Below, one piece after another: positions 13,801-64,000 of a stretch of 64,000 bases of DNA. Position 1 is the first letter of the stretch. Each line of letters starts with the position of its first letter. This stretch comes from Octopus bimaculoides (lineage: Eukaryota): contig NC_068984.1 in assembly GCF_001194135.2 (NCBI RefSeq), positions 108,271,830 to 108,335,829 of the forward strand, in the 5' to 3' direction. A model generated the notes under the pieces. That model searched no databases and had not been told where the DNA came from. It saw only the letters and a list, made by a program, of their open reading frames with translations. A program made the position numbers and the translations under genes.

Positions 13801-16047
13801 GCGCACACACAGACACAGACATACCCATCCAAGAGATACAACTCCTAACCTAATCATCTAGCCCTTTTTCATTTCAGCACCCACTAACCTGTTATGCTAA
13901 TCCACCTCTAACAATAGAGAACAGTCCCCCTTCCTTGTTAGCTGTCTCTGATGAGTACAAAGTTATACAAACAGATTGTTACCTAACACTCCATTGTATT
14001 CCTTGCGTGAAACTGACTGATAAGATCAGTCGTGATGAATATATAATACTATACATTTCAGATAATATGCATGTGTCTGTATATAAATATATATGTATAT
14101 AAATATATATATGAGTGTGTGTGTTTTTGTTTGTGTGTGTCTGTCGGTTTTCCTCACCACTGCTTGACAATCGGTGTTGGTGTGTTTACGTCCCCTTAAC
14201 GTAGTGGTTTGGCAAGAAAGGTCAATAGATTAAGCACTAAGCTTTAAAAAAAAGTACTGGGATTGATACATTCGACTAAGAATAATTCTTAAACGTGCTG
14301 TCTCAGAATGGCCACAGTCTGATGACAAATGAGTAAAAGGTAAAAGATATCACCTACCCCCAGTCCAATATAATAATACACATGAAAATAATTATTTTAA
14401 GAAAAGAAACCACAGTTTATCCATTTCTGAAATATTATACCCATCTCACTTTGTAGATGAAATTCATGTTTCTCCAATTTTTGATATTTTGAATAAATTT
14501 CTAAACCATTTTTTACCTTTACACTCCTGTGATTCCTAGTTTCCTTACTGGTCCCCCACAGGCATCCAATGGTTAAAAAGACCTATTATATTTATATAAT
14601 TGAATACTATTAGGAAACGTATAAAAAAAAAACCATTGATATATTCTGTGTATTGTATTAGTATAAGCAATTAGTTGTGCATAGATTTTTTTTTAATCTC
14701 ATGGATTCCCAATGGTCATATTGGACCCTGGTTGAGAACCACTGGAAATCACAAATCACTCATTCTTCAGGTACCCCACCACTAACAGTGAATCACAAGG
14801 GCTGGCTAAAACTCTCTCCCTTGTCTTCCTACTAAATCCTGATGGGTAATGGACTGGTGGCAATCAGTGCAGTGGGTATGTATATAGCTCAGCTGCCCAA
14901 ATGAAGAAGTGGCAAAGTACATTTTTCTTGTCTGCAATTGAAGACAAATACTTTGCCATCTATTGGTATAGATATTTTGACTAAATATTCTGGTCTCTTA
15001 AAACCACTCCCTTACATCCCTTAAAAAAAACTTATGTTCTGCATATGTATGTCACCAGCAAGGAATGGTTTACATAAAGACTGAAGCATTTCCAACAGTT
15101 TTCATAGTCAGATTCATTCAAAACACATCAAAAAAAAATAATAAAAATAGGAAAAAGCAAGATTTCACCTTCTTTTATCAAACTTAAGGGTTATTCACAA
15201 CATAAATCTTGACAAGGTATTCTAATAATGAAATCTTATTTCAGACTCAGCATATCCAATCCCTGACATGTCTTTTTTTTTTTTTTATTTAAAACAAGAG
15301 ATGTCATTTGAGAGAGATTTGGTGGTTGTTTCTAGCAGGTAGAGCAATTATGTATACAGCTTCGTCAAACTGGCAAGTGCTGGTTAAAGAGAAGGGTCTG
15401 CAAATCTGTTAAATAGATTTAAACTGCTAAATTTAAAAGTTACCATTTCTCAGTATAAAAAAAATACGGAGAGTTCCAATATAGTTAGTATACCATACAT
15501 ACAAGCAATCTTATGATAATGAAAGTTGTAGCAGTGACACCTTACACAACAAATTCAAAGCTGAAACAAGTCAAAAGTTCAGAGAGCAGTTTCCTTTAAT
15601 GCTACTAGATGACTCAGTTTGATAACACTGTCTACATTTTATGCACCAGTCCTATTCATAGAAAAATAATTAAAATTACTAGCTAACTCATCATAGCAGT
15701 AGCTGTTTAACCCTTCTGATACCAACCCACTTGAGATCCCCATTGGTCCTATGATACAAACTTCCTGCTAAAAATGATCTAAATTAAAACCTCCCATAAC
15801 ATTTTTGCGTTTATTTATGTTCCATACAGTAGTTTAATCTTGAAAAAGTTACTTTACTAAAATTCTTCGTTCTTTTCAAAATTAATTTGAAACAAAGACA
15901 GTTTATTTCACCAGAAATATAAAAGGATTAAAGTCTGGCCTGTTCTTTAGAGGGTTTAGGTATTATGTAAAATTATACGTAAATGTAGCCTAATCCTTGG
16001 AGGATTTTAACAGCCGATACTAAAATAAATTCTATTGATATTACATG

Positions 16048-16270
16048 TGGAGGCATGTGGCTTAGTGGTTAGGGTGTTGGACTCAAGATCCTAAGATTGT
16101 GGTTTTGATTCCTGGACCAGGCGGCATATAGTGTTCACGAGGAAAATATTTCATTACATGTTGCTCCAGTCCAATCAGCTGGCAAAAATGAGTAATCCTG
16201 TGACAGACAAGCGTCCTGTCCAGAGAGGGAATATATACGCCACAGAAACCAGCCCTATGAGAATACATGA
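16048..16270 (+). mobile_element. tRNA-derived SINE family D
   Basis: Head ggaggcatgtggcttagtggttagggtg; ttgctccagtccaatcagctgg core; relatives at 47118-47370 and 51958-52280. Confidence 0.72.
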
Positions 16271-18084
16271 CTTAGGAAGTATCTTTAACTTTATCCTATC
16301 TATTGATATTAAGCAGATGAGGAATAAATCTATTTTGTTGTATTTAGGGAGAGTCATTATGCCCAATAAGAAATATGCCACACACAGAGGTTCTTTTCCA
16401 GTTCTTTTTTTTTATTGTTAGTCAACTAGTAAACCATTTAATCAATTAACCAATTGAGTGTTTGATTAATCATTTGGTCAGTCAATTAATCAATCAGCAT
16501 GGTTCATCACAGTGTTTTTATCGATATTCACAACCTCATCAATGACATGACCAGGCTACACCAGGTCTATTTGTCTCCTAGTTTTCAGATTCTACATTTA
16601 TATTTATGGGGATATATTTATGAAATGAAATAGAACTTGTGCATGCATCTTATTGGCATAATGACCCTCCCAAGATATAACAAAATTTGCATAAAGAACT
16701 TTCCAAAAACAGACTAAATCTGCAATTCATCACAAGAATTATCGCAAATTCTTATTTACCCATGACAGGCATGTGAACTGAGATGTGCAGAAAGAAGTGT
16801 GCTATCAAAATAGACAACATACTTGAAGTTGATTTGAACTCCGAACTGTACATTTAGTAGTACAATACCAGATTCAGCAGTAGGGCCCTAATTTGGGAAT
16901 CCTGGATTTTGAGGAGTGTGAAAGCACCTCTTAGTCACAGCTGTTCCCAGGTCCATTCTGACCCAGAGTAGTATCACCTGTCAGGGTCTCAGCTATGGGC
17001 TAACTACTATGTTATGGAAGAAACTCCAACCACAAATGCTCACTGCTTTGTGGAGTATCTTGCAAAAGAAAAAGGATAGGGGAGTCAACCTTGACAGCAA
17101 ATCAAGAAATGGAGTCCCTCAAGCAATCCAGTGCCCGATTTGATACCCTTCGAGCAACTCCAGTGTAGGTGGAGCTCTCTAACCCTGAAAGGCAATTCAT
17201 ACTGAAGAAGGCCACTACAAGTTACTGATCACCACAGCAACTTAGCTTAATGAACCATTGGAGTCAGACCTCCAAGTCTAAAGAGTGGGATTGTATTGTG
17301 AGGATTGACTCTCACTTTAGAATAGGGCTGGAACTACTGTGGTTAAGAAGTTAGCTTCCTAATAATGCAGTCTTGGGTTCGGTCCCTCTGCACGGCACCT
17401 TGGGCAAGTGGATTTCATAGACGGAAAGTAAAAGTATCCTTGTCTTAACATCATGAGATGATTCAAAGAAGATTTACTATAAGTTAAATAAATTGCTTTG
17501 CAATATTACCATTTATTCCCTGAATTTTCAACACGGGCGATGCCAAGAATTTCAGCTGGTATATATTAAAAACAAACCCGCAAAATAGGAAGAGTAATTA
17601 AATATTGTAACACCCTTCTTGAAGGATAGGCGGGAAAACAATCGATCTTTGTGCAACAGTTAAGAAAAGCTTCCTAGTTGTCTATCATACACAAAATCAG
17701 TCTTGAAAAAAAATCTAAGAAAACAACTCAAACAAACGTTGTTACAAGGAGATACCAGGGATTTGGTTTTCTTGCCAGTGTGAAGCCAAACGTAAATGAA
17801 GAGTTATAATGCACCTACATACAGGTGTGGTGGAATAAGGGCAAAGAAGACAGGGGTAGAGGGTATGAGTAATGGAAACATATTGAAACACAGATATATG
17901 TATTCATATATGTATATATATATATATATATTTATAAATATAATTAAGGGATCAGCAAATATTTGCTTCACCATATACCGAAGTTCAGAAATAGCAGCTA
18001 AAAAAGCTGAGAATCCCACAGATAGTATTGTTAATTGATTTATTAATTAATAAATTGATAATCCTTTACCCTTTTAATTTGTAA

Positions 18085-18115
<31 letters not shown>

Positions 18116-19044
18116 NNNNNNNNNNNNNNNNNNNNNNNNNNNNNNNNNNNNNNNNNNNNNNNNNNNNNNNNNNNNNNNNNNNNNNNNNNNNNNNNNNNNN
18201 NNNNNNNNNNNNNNNNNNNNNNNNNNNNNNNNNNNNNNNNNNNNNNNNNNNNNNNNNNNNNNNNNNNNNNNNNNNNNNNNNNNNNNNNNNNNNNNNNNNN
18301 NNNNNNNNNNNNNNNNNNNNNNNNNNNNNNNNNNNNNNNNNNNNNNNNNNNNNNNNNNNNNNNNNNNNNNNNNNNNNNNNNNNNNNNNNNNNGTTGTCTA
18401 TCATACACAAAATCAGTCTTGAAAAAAAATCTAAGAAAACAACTCAAACAAACGTTGTTACAAGGAGATACCAGGGATTTGGTTTTCTTGCCAGTGTGAA
18501 GCCAAACGTAAATGAAGAGTTATAATGCACCTACATACAGGTGTGGTGGAATAAGGGCAAAGAAGACAGGGGTAGAGGGTATGAGTAATGGAAACATATT
18601 GAAACACAGATATATGTATTCATATATGTATATATATATATATATATGTATATGTGTAAAACTCTCAACTCTCATGCATCCTTATTTTTCCTACCAGTTT
18701 ATACATGAACTACTATTGAACTACAAAAGCTCAAAGACAATATAATGTATGGGTATCTTTATTTTTTTATATATTATTGTTTTATATATTATTTTCTTCA
18801 TTTTGTATTTCTTTGTAAAAAAACATTTTCATTCTCCTTCTTCTTGATAATTTGCTTTTTCGCAATGAAAACCGGTTAGAAGAAATCTTTATTAAAATAT
18901 GCTTCCAGTTCAGCATTCTGGCTTTTTTTCATTTTCCTATTATTTCTCCACGTGCGGTTAACACAACCCCACTATTTACTGACATATATAAATATATATA
19001 TATAAGTATATATGTGTGTATATATATACATATACGTATATATA

Positions 19045-20048
19045 AGTCAACTGCTACAAAGGTAAAGGTGACGCTTTAGATACAAATAATTACAGAGGTA
19101 TCAAGTAGTTAGATAAGGTAATGAAAGTCACGGAGAGGGTCATAGCCCAACTAATTAGGGAGTGAGTCGGTTTAGATGAGATGCAATTTGGGTTCGTGCC
19201 TGGGAAAAGCACCACTAATGCTATATTTCTGGTAAGACAGCTGCAGGAGAAATACCTAGCCAAAGATAAACCTCTGTTGACATGGAGAAAGCCTTTGACA
19301 GGTTCCCCCGGTCCCTTATCTGGTGGTCAATGAGGAAATTAGGGATAGAAGAATGGTTAGTGAGAGCTGTGCGAGCCATGTACAGAGACACTGTCAGTAA
19401 GGTGAGGGTTGGCAATGAGCACAGTGAAGAATTCTGGGTAGAGGTAGGGGTCCACCAAGGTTCTGTCCTCAGCTCTCGCCTATTTATCATACTCCTCCAG
19501 GCGATAACAGAGGTATTCAAGACAGGGAGCTCCTCTACGCTGACGACCTTGCACTAATTGTTGAGTCTCCATCAGAACTAAAGAAGTTTCAGGTGTGGAA
19601 GCAAGGGCTAGAATCGAAGGGCCTTAGAGTCAACCTAGCTAAAACCAAAGTCCTAATAAGTAGGAAGGTGGAAAAAACACAAACCCCTTAAGGTAGATGG
19701 CTCTGCGGAATCTGTTAACTAGGAAGTTAGGTTTTGTATGTAGTAGATGTTCAGGAGCAATAAACAATGAAAATGTGCAGAAAACAACTTCTATCACATT
19801 TCAGGGAGAAAAACTAGACATAGTTGATAGCTTCCGCAATCTATGTGATCAAGTTAGTAGTGGGGGAGGGTACACTGAAAGTGTAGCTGCTAGAATAAGG
19901 ATAGCCTAGGCAAAGTTCAGAGAGCTCCTACCTCTGCTGGTGGCAAAGGCCTCTCGCTCAGAGTAAAAGGCAGACTATAAGACGCATGTGTACGAAACGC
20001 CATGCTTCATGGCAGTGAAACATGGGCCGTGACTGCTGAGGACATGTG
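19045..20048 (+). mobile_element. RTE-clade LINE reverse transcriptase fragment (decayed)
   Basis: QFGFVPGKSTT, DMEKAFDR, GVHQGSVLS, LLYADDL and LHGSETW motifs across broken frames. Confidence 0.92.
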
Positions 20049-20240
20049 NNNNNNNNNNNNNNNNNNNNNNNNNNNNNNNNNNNNNNNNNNNNNNNNNNNN
20101 NNNNNNNNNNNNNNNNNNNNNNNNNNNNNNNNNNNNNNNNNNNNNNNNATATATATATATATATATATATATGTATGCATGTATGTATGTATATATATTT
20201 GCTTATATATATACATATAACCACGACGCCATATGCCCAT

Positions 20241-20478
20241 GGGCATATGGCGTAGTGGTTAAGATCGCAGGCTACTAAAGATTCCGAGTTCGATTCCAGG
20301 TAGTGACTTGAATAATAATAATAATAATGATAATAACATCCAAAAATACGTTAGGAATGAGAACCCAGGTTCGAAATTTGTCCAAGACACCTGATGAAGG
20401 CTGGAGGGTATATCAGCCGAAACGTTGTGTTAACAACAAACAAGATGAGGACAAATATCCGTCAAATGTAAATAATGT
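20241..20478 (+). mobile_element. tRNA-headed SINE carrying a minimal hammerhead ribozyme
   Basis: A box TGGCGTAGTGG and B box GAGTTCGATTC, (AAT)n linker, second B-box-like GGTTCGAAAT, hammerhead at 20386-20431. Confidence 0.7.
20386..20431 (+). ncRNA. Minimal type I hammerhead ribozyme motif
   Basis: GACAC-CTGATGA-A-GGCTG(10-nt loop)CAGCC-GAA-ACGT-T-GTGTT: stem I 5 bp (one G-U), stem II 5 bp, palindromic ACGU stem III, GUU site. Confidence 0.7.
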
Positions 20479-20831
20479 TTTTGTTTTTTTTTAATGTTTT
20501 TATCACCACCAAACTGACTAAGACTGTTTATTTACCTCCATCAGTCAAGAGGCTGTATGATTCCAGCCTGCAGGTCTGATAGTTGTCTGTATTGCCTAAT
20601 GCTATATAGAAAATTTTGAAGGGTGCTTTAAACTTCTAGCCAAAAACGTTTTTCAATCCAGTATTTGCATGCTATTACTAATAGCTTTAAGTAATGTTCT
20701 TGAAGAATCAAAATTCTCAAAATGAGTCTCTCTCTCTCACACATATACACATACACATATGTGCATGTATATACAGCTTATAACTTATTGTTTTATTCCA
20801 TTTGAATCTATTTTCCTCTTTTCCATGTCAG

Positions 20832-58966
<38,135 letters not shown>

Positions 58967-58978
58967 AAAAAAAATTCT

Positions 58979-59076
58979 AATAAATCTCAGAATTAAAAAG
59001 TCTTCTATCCATTGCTCTAATTTAAGTGTTGTGTAAGAAATTCTTTATTATGCAAATTGAAAAAAAAAAAAATAAA
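58979..59076 (+). terminator. Candidate polyadenylation signals of VPS45 (AATAAA at 58979-58984 and 59071-59076)
   Basis: Canonical hexamers just downstream of the stop codon; usage not provable from DNA. Confidence 0.45.
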
Positions 59077-61275
59077 AACTAATGAACCACTTTGCTGTCT
59101 GCCATTGATTTTCACAAACTATTGAATTAGCCCGAATTATTCAGATTAATTAGTAAATATTTTACGCCATAAGAATTTTAACAGTGGAACTCAAAGTACA
59201 TAAAAGCTAGAAATAGTGTGTAAATATTAAGTTAAAAAGCTTGTTTGGATAGAAAAAGTTGAAGGTTACCTGTAAGACAAGAACTCACATCTGTAAACAT
59301 GACAGATTTTCTACCATTGTACCAAAGTAGTCTTTCCAATTTCTCAATCCATTTTAGAAAATTTTGAGTCCTGCAGTCAGCCTTTGATTATTTTTTTTTT
59401 AACCAAGATTTACATATAGATTTTTGTATAGGAATTTACACCACTTGTCTTCAAAGTCTTTTACAAACCACATTTAAATTAGTCAAGTTTTCTAAGCTAT
59501 GATGGTAGTGCTGGTGATCTTCTGGAGGGCTCCTGAGACAGGAGGGAAAAAGTTATCCTGACCTTAATGCTTACAACAGAGTGGACTCTGTTGAAGACAC
59601 CTAAAAGCTAGGTGGTTGGATGTTAACACTTCCAATACCAATCTGCTGTGAGACTGTACCCAGTTCTATTAAATACCATGATTTAAAGTGATCTATGAGC
59701 TTTTCAAAAAGTTTATGCTTATTGGTTCTATGCACCAGCTTGAAATAGCAAAGTTATTTTACTAAATTCATTAAAACAAAAGCAGTATATTCTAATAGAA
59801 ATATAACAAAAAAAGTTAAATGTTTTTATACAACAATACAGGGTCCAATAGCAAAATAAATTGGGATGCAGGATAGCAGTAGTTTACTTGCACCAATTTT
59901 TAGTAGCTAGAAAGCAGTGGAATACACATCTACATGCTTTTATGACTGAGGTGCTTTTTTTTTTGTTTTTATTATTTCAAGTGGTGACTTGGTTACACAA
60001 ATGAAATGAAATTTTTTGTTTGAATATTTTAAGAAGAACTGTCTTAAAGAAGGCTCTAATCAAAACGTAATCTTGTTATGGATATAAAACTCCATGTTGA
60101 TTAATTCAGCGTTACGAGGTGGGGAAATGTGATGTGGTGAGTGAACTCAGAAAATATTGAGGCTTTTAGGCAAGTCCTCAGTTTATATCAAAATCATGGC
60201 ATTGCACTAAACATTCCAATATGGGAGCATATTCTAAAATCCACTTTTCCATTCTAATTGTATGAATTAGAACTTGTCATGGATTTTCTACAACCAGAAG
60301 CTATTCTTGTTCTCGATCCTTGCTTGTTTCCAAGTAAGGTAATATTACTCCATGGTTGGACATGTTTTCCTGGAAGGCTGGAAATGAATATTACTTTTAT
60401 AATATTGGCACTCATATACAACTATCATGAAATATCAAAACAAGGATACATACATATATACATAAATAAATGGTAGGCTCCTTTCAGTTTCCACTCATCA
60501 AATCCATACGTAAGGCTTTGGTTGATCCAGAGCTTTAGTAGAAAACACTTTCCCAAGGTGCCATACAGTGGAACTGAACCCAAGATCACTTAGCTGGTAT
60601 GCAATCTTAACCGTAGAGCCATGCTAGCTCATCTAAATTTCCACTTATACAATTACAATTATAAGAAATAAAAATCAGCATTTGAAAAGAGCTGAAAACT
60701 TTTGTAGAAACCATACTGACAATGTAGACACATGGCATGGTTCTTTCTGCAAGTGATGAAGTGTATTCCTGTGTTTACCTATTTTACTGGTTGGACAGCA
60801 TTCTACAATTTCACAAGCAATATTTTTTTTTTTTTTGTTGCAAGCATGATGTTTTTCAACTGGGAGACTGCACACAATATTTCAAATATTCCCCAACATT
60901 TGAATCTGTGAAAGCAGAGTCTAACACTCACTGAAGCAAATTAAGGTATTGATTTAAATTATTGAAAAATAATCACTGATTATCAAAAATATTGGTACAA
61001 GGCCACAGATTTTGGTTGGAGAAGTTTAGTCAATTTAACTGACTCCAGTGCTTGATTGCAATATATTTTATCGAACTCAGAAGGGCCAAAGAGAAATTAG
61101 TTCTCAGCAGGATTTGAACTTCTGAAAAACAATGATTTATATCTTTCGTTCTACAAATATACCAGACACTGGTCATCAAAATATTGACCTTAACATATAA
61201 TGGAACTTAAATTACATGTTCTTAAAATTAGTCATCAAAGTTTTATAACAAGCAGATATTAAATAGTGCTTTTAA

Positions 61276-61481
61276 CCCTTTACCATATCGCCCGAATATT
61301 CTACCTGTTTTATGTTAAAACCAGCCAGATCCTGCCTTTCGTATCTACCCTACAATGTAATTCTAAAAGTAAACAAATCACAACATTGAAACCCCAAAGC
61401 TGCAAGATAATACATGATCAATTCAAAACAATGTGAATAAATAAGCATTACATTTGACAGAGTAATCTGAATACTGAAGGG
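61276..61481. mobile_element. piggyBac-type MITE, family 1
   Basis: TTAA|CCCTTTA...GAAGGG|TTAA; body colinear with 7203-7423. Confidence 0.8.
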
Positions 61482-61914
61482 TTAAAGATGAACTATCATT
61501 TTAACATCTGCTATCTCATGCTTACATTGATCAGTCTAATTATTTGTAGATTTTCTAAGGCTAGGATGCCCTTCCTGTTACCAGTCTTCACCTGTTTCCA
61601 AGCAAGGTAATGTTTTCTGGTGCCCAGAGATTGCTTTTGCAAAATATTGAAAATGAAAGGCACTCTCTGTGTGGTAGTGACACTCATTTATAACTATCAT
61701 GCAATGTTGAGACAAGGAAACACACACACACATACAGTTTCTATCTGCCAAATGCACTCACAAGGCTTTGGTTAGCCTGGAGCTTGCCCAAGGTGCCACA
61801 CAGTGGGACTAAATCCAAAACCATACAGTTCAGAAGTGAACTTTTTAACCACAGTCATGCTTGTGCTGATAGATAAAAATGTTGTAAAAAAAGCATGCAA
61901 ACAATAACCTAGAA

Positions 61915-63722
61915 GACATTCATTTTAAAACTTTTATTGACGTTAAAACAGCACAACACTGTAAAAGCACAATTCCTTTTAAATCCCCATAGCAAAGTTT
62001 TCTACTGACTACAATTAGCAAGAAGTCTGCTGAAAAGACTCACAACTAATAACTTAACAATAGGTTCAATCTGAACTACTTAAGACATCCAGTAGGAAGG
62101 AGGGAAACACTATGCTACAAGTTTCAAAGCTGAAAAGAACAGCTTAAAGCAATGAAAGGAAGCTTTATAATTAACAATAGAACATGTTTTCTTTCTCATT
62201 TAAAATAAAGAATCAATCAAGATTAATAATAATTGTCATATATGGAATATTGATGGAAACGAAATCTATACAAATTTAATCCTAATAAAAGCTGCTCAAG
62301 TTGGGAAAAGAAACAAAATGTTTTGAACAACTTGTAAAACTTTTTCAAGTACAACATAATCCAAATGGAAATTTAAAAAAGAAAAGGTTGTTAGAGAAAT
62401 AAAGACATTTTATAATTTTCTTTTTCACTTAATAATCAAATGTAATAGATTCAAAACAAAGCTATACTTATTAAAATCCACTGAAAAGTGCACCCTAGTT
62501 ACAAACAATTTAGACATAATTTGCTGGTTGTTTTTTATTCTACCCACCTACCCCATCTCACAAAAAAAAGAAAAAAAAACTAATCCAATCTGAAGTAAAA
62601 CCTACATGTCTGGGCCATATTAAAAGACACATAGGTATTAAGGAGCGATAGTTAAAACACTGTGAAAGTGCCAGTGTTTATAATAATATATATATATATA
62701 TATATAACCTATTTCAAAATTGTACAAAAGTTAAATTGTGTAATGGGGGACTTATTTTTTTTTAATATTTAAGAAAAAAAAAAAGCTGGCTTTTAGCATA
62801 TACAAGTTTGTTTTTTTTCCAGTAACAAGTAATGTGAAGCCCTTTATACTGAGAAATGGTAAGCAAAGTGTCAACTGATTCAGGCAGCAAACAAAATTCA
62901 GAAGCTAAAGGGAAGTTTATGCTGTTCCATCAGCCAATAGAATAAAGAAAATTATTTTGTTTCACTAGGGAAATTTCAAAGTTTAACGTGCCTGAACACC
63001 CAAAATTAAAAGCAGCAAAGAAAGAACTATATGGAGAGTGTGTGTATGTGTGTGATTAAAATAGAGAAGTATATTGGGGAAAAGGTAAATAACATAAAAT
63101 ATTAAAAAATATTATTTCAAATTAAAACTAAAGTAAAATATATCTATTTTAGACAGACTAAAAAAAAAAAAAATAATAATAAATGGGAGTTGTTAAAGGA
63201 GAATGAAAAAAATATGAATTAAAACTGGTCTCCCCAATAAGCGCTATGTCCAGGATATTAACAGGTCCTGTACTGCACAGTTGCACTGTCTGCCTACATG
63301 TGGCATTGGAGGTTTCAAATTTAGGATAGTTCCCAATTAAATTTTTCTTTTTTTTTTTCCCTTTATTTTCTTTTTTTTTTTAAATTTTTTTTTTATTTTC
63401 CCAATTATTTCAAGCCAGATGATGTCTTAATTCAAATATGCCATGAATCCAGATTAGGGCAGTGTCTGCTGTCTGTGTCTTCAGCTTCTAAGGTAAAAGT
63501 GTGTATGTGTGCATGTGTGTGTGTGAGAGAGTGTGTGTTCTGCCTGTAGTCAAACGGCAAGTGAGACTGACAGGCAGTGACAGCGACAGGGAGTAAGTGA
63601 ATGAAGTTGGTCGGCAGGAGGGAATGGAGAGTAGTAATTTAGGAGCTGTGGCCACACACAACTCGGTAACTCCAGCCGATTCGCAGCAATTACAGTAAGA
63701 TGCCCCATTATGAGCCAGGCAT
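61915..63722 (-). other. Probable 3'UTR of the convergent gene, with AATAAA at 61933-61938 (minus strand)
   Basis: About 1.8 kb free of recognisable SINEs in an otherwise repeat-saturated locus; T-rich on the minus strand; hexamer followed by a T/G-rich tract. The end position is approximate. Confidence 0.5.
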
Positions 63723-63769
63723 TTAAGGCCCAACATAAATATTCCTCAGAGCAAATTTGTTATTTCCTT
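63723..63769 (-). CDS. Probable last coding exon of an unidentified convergent gene (...GNNKFALRNIYVGP*)
   Basis: Strong minus-strand acceptor (ttttttaattccttcattttctatgattcag) followed by a short open frame; the frame choice is uncertain (the alternative is KEITNLL*). Confidence 0.5.
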
Positions 63770-64000
63770 CTGAATCATAGAAAATGAAGGAATTAAAAAA
63801 TTAAATCATGAAAAATTTCTAGAAGAATTTTTTTCTGATTTGACTTTTTAGAAAAAAAAAGCCTTAGACATTTTCTATGAGTATATACTTACAACTATCA
63901 GCCTGGTTTGCCAACCTGTTATGTTGCTATGACACACAGTTGCTTTTTCTGTCAGCTCATTCTCGCTTGGGGGGTGGGGGAGGCATAAGGAGTTGTTTTG

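Noticed and set aside
13546-13857. [12 protein letters not shown]-rich ORFs here and at 21396-21672, 23196-23575, 27604-27913 and 38613-39022
   Set aside because: Translations of (TA)n, (CA)n and (TG)n repeats.
16861-17340. GC-richer block, possibly a LINE 5' region
   Set aside because: No motif could be identified with confidence, so it is left uncalled.

Overview
This is AT-rich, microsatellite-dense eukaryotic scaffold DNA with 9 N-gaps. The SINE, RTE and MITE repertoire looks like octopus (cephalopod mollusc); that assignment is from pattern recognition, not a search. The main gene is a + strand VPS45 (Sec1/Munc18 family) with 12 visible GT-AG coding exons from 20832 to 58966 (1494 nt, 497 aa plus stop). 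The ATG exon and one internal exon are not visible and probably lie in gaps. A probable terminal exon and 3'UTR of a convergent minus-strand gene lies at about 61.9-63.8 kb, and there are weak signs of a divergent minus-strand transcript upstream. The rest is transposon-derived: several tRNA-headed SINE families, RTE LINE fragments, a Tc1/mariner remnant, TTAA, hAT and mariner MITEs, and Penelope-like (PLE) remnants. The most unusual signal is a set of minimal type I hammerhead-ribozyme motifs with palindromic stem III. One sits inside a tRNA-headed SINE with a fold-back 5' end, two form a convergent pair, and several lie on the sense strand of VPS45 introns. Other structures are a 162-bp-arm palindrome, a SINE inserted into the loop of a hairpin, and a micro-inversion inside a local duplication. 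No prokaryotic system, CRISPR array or genuine rRNA/tRNA gene is supported.
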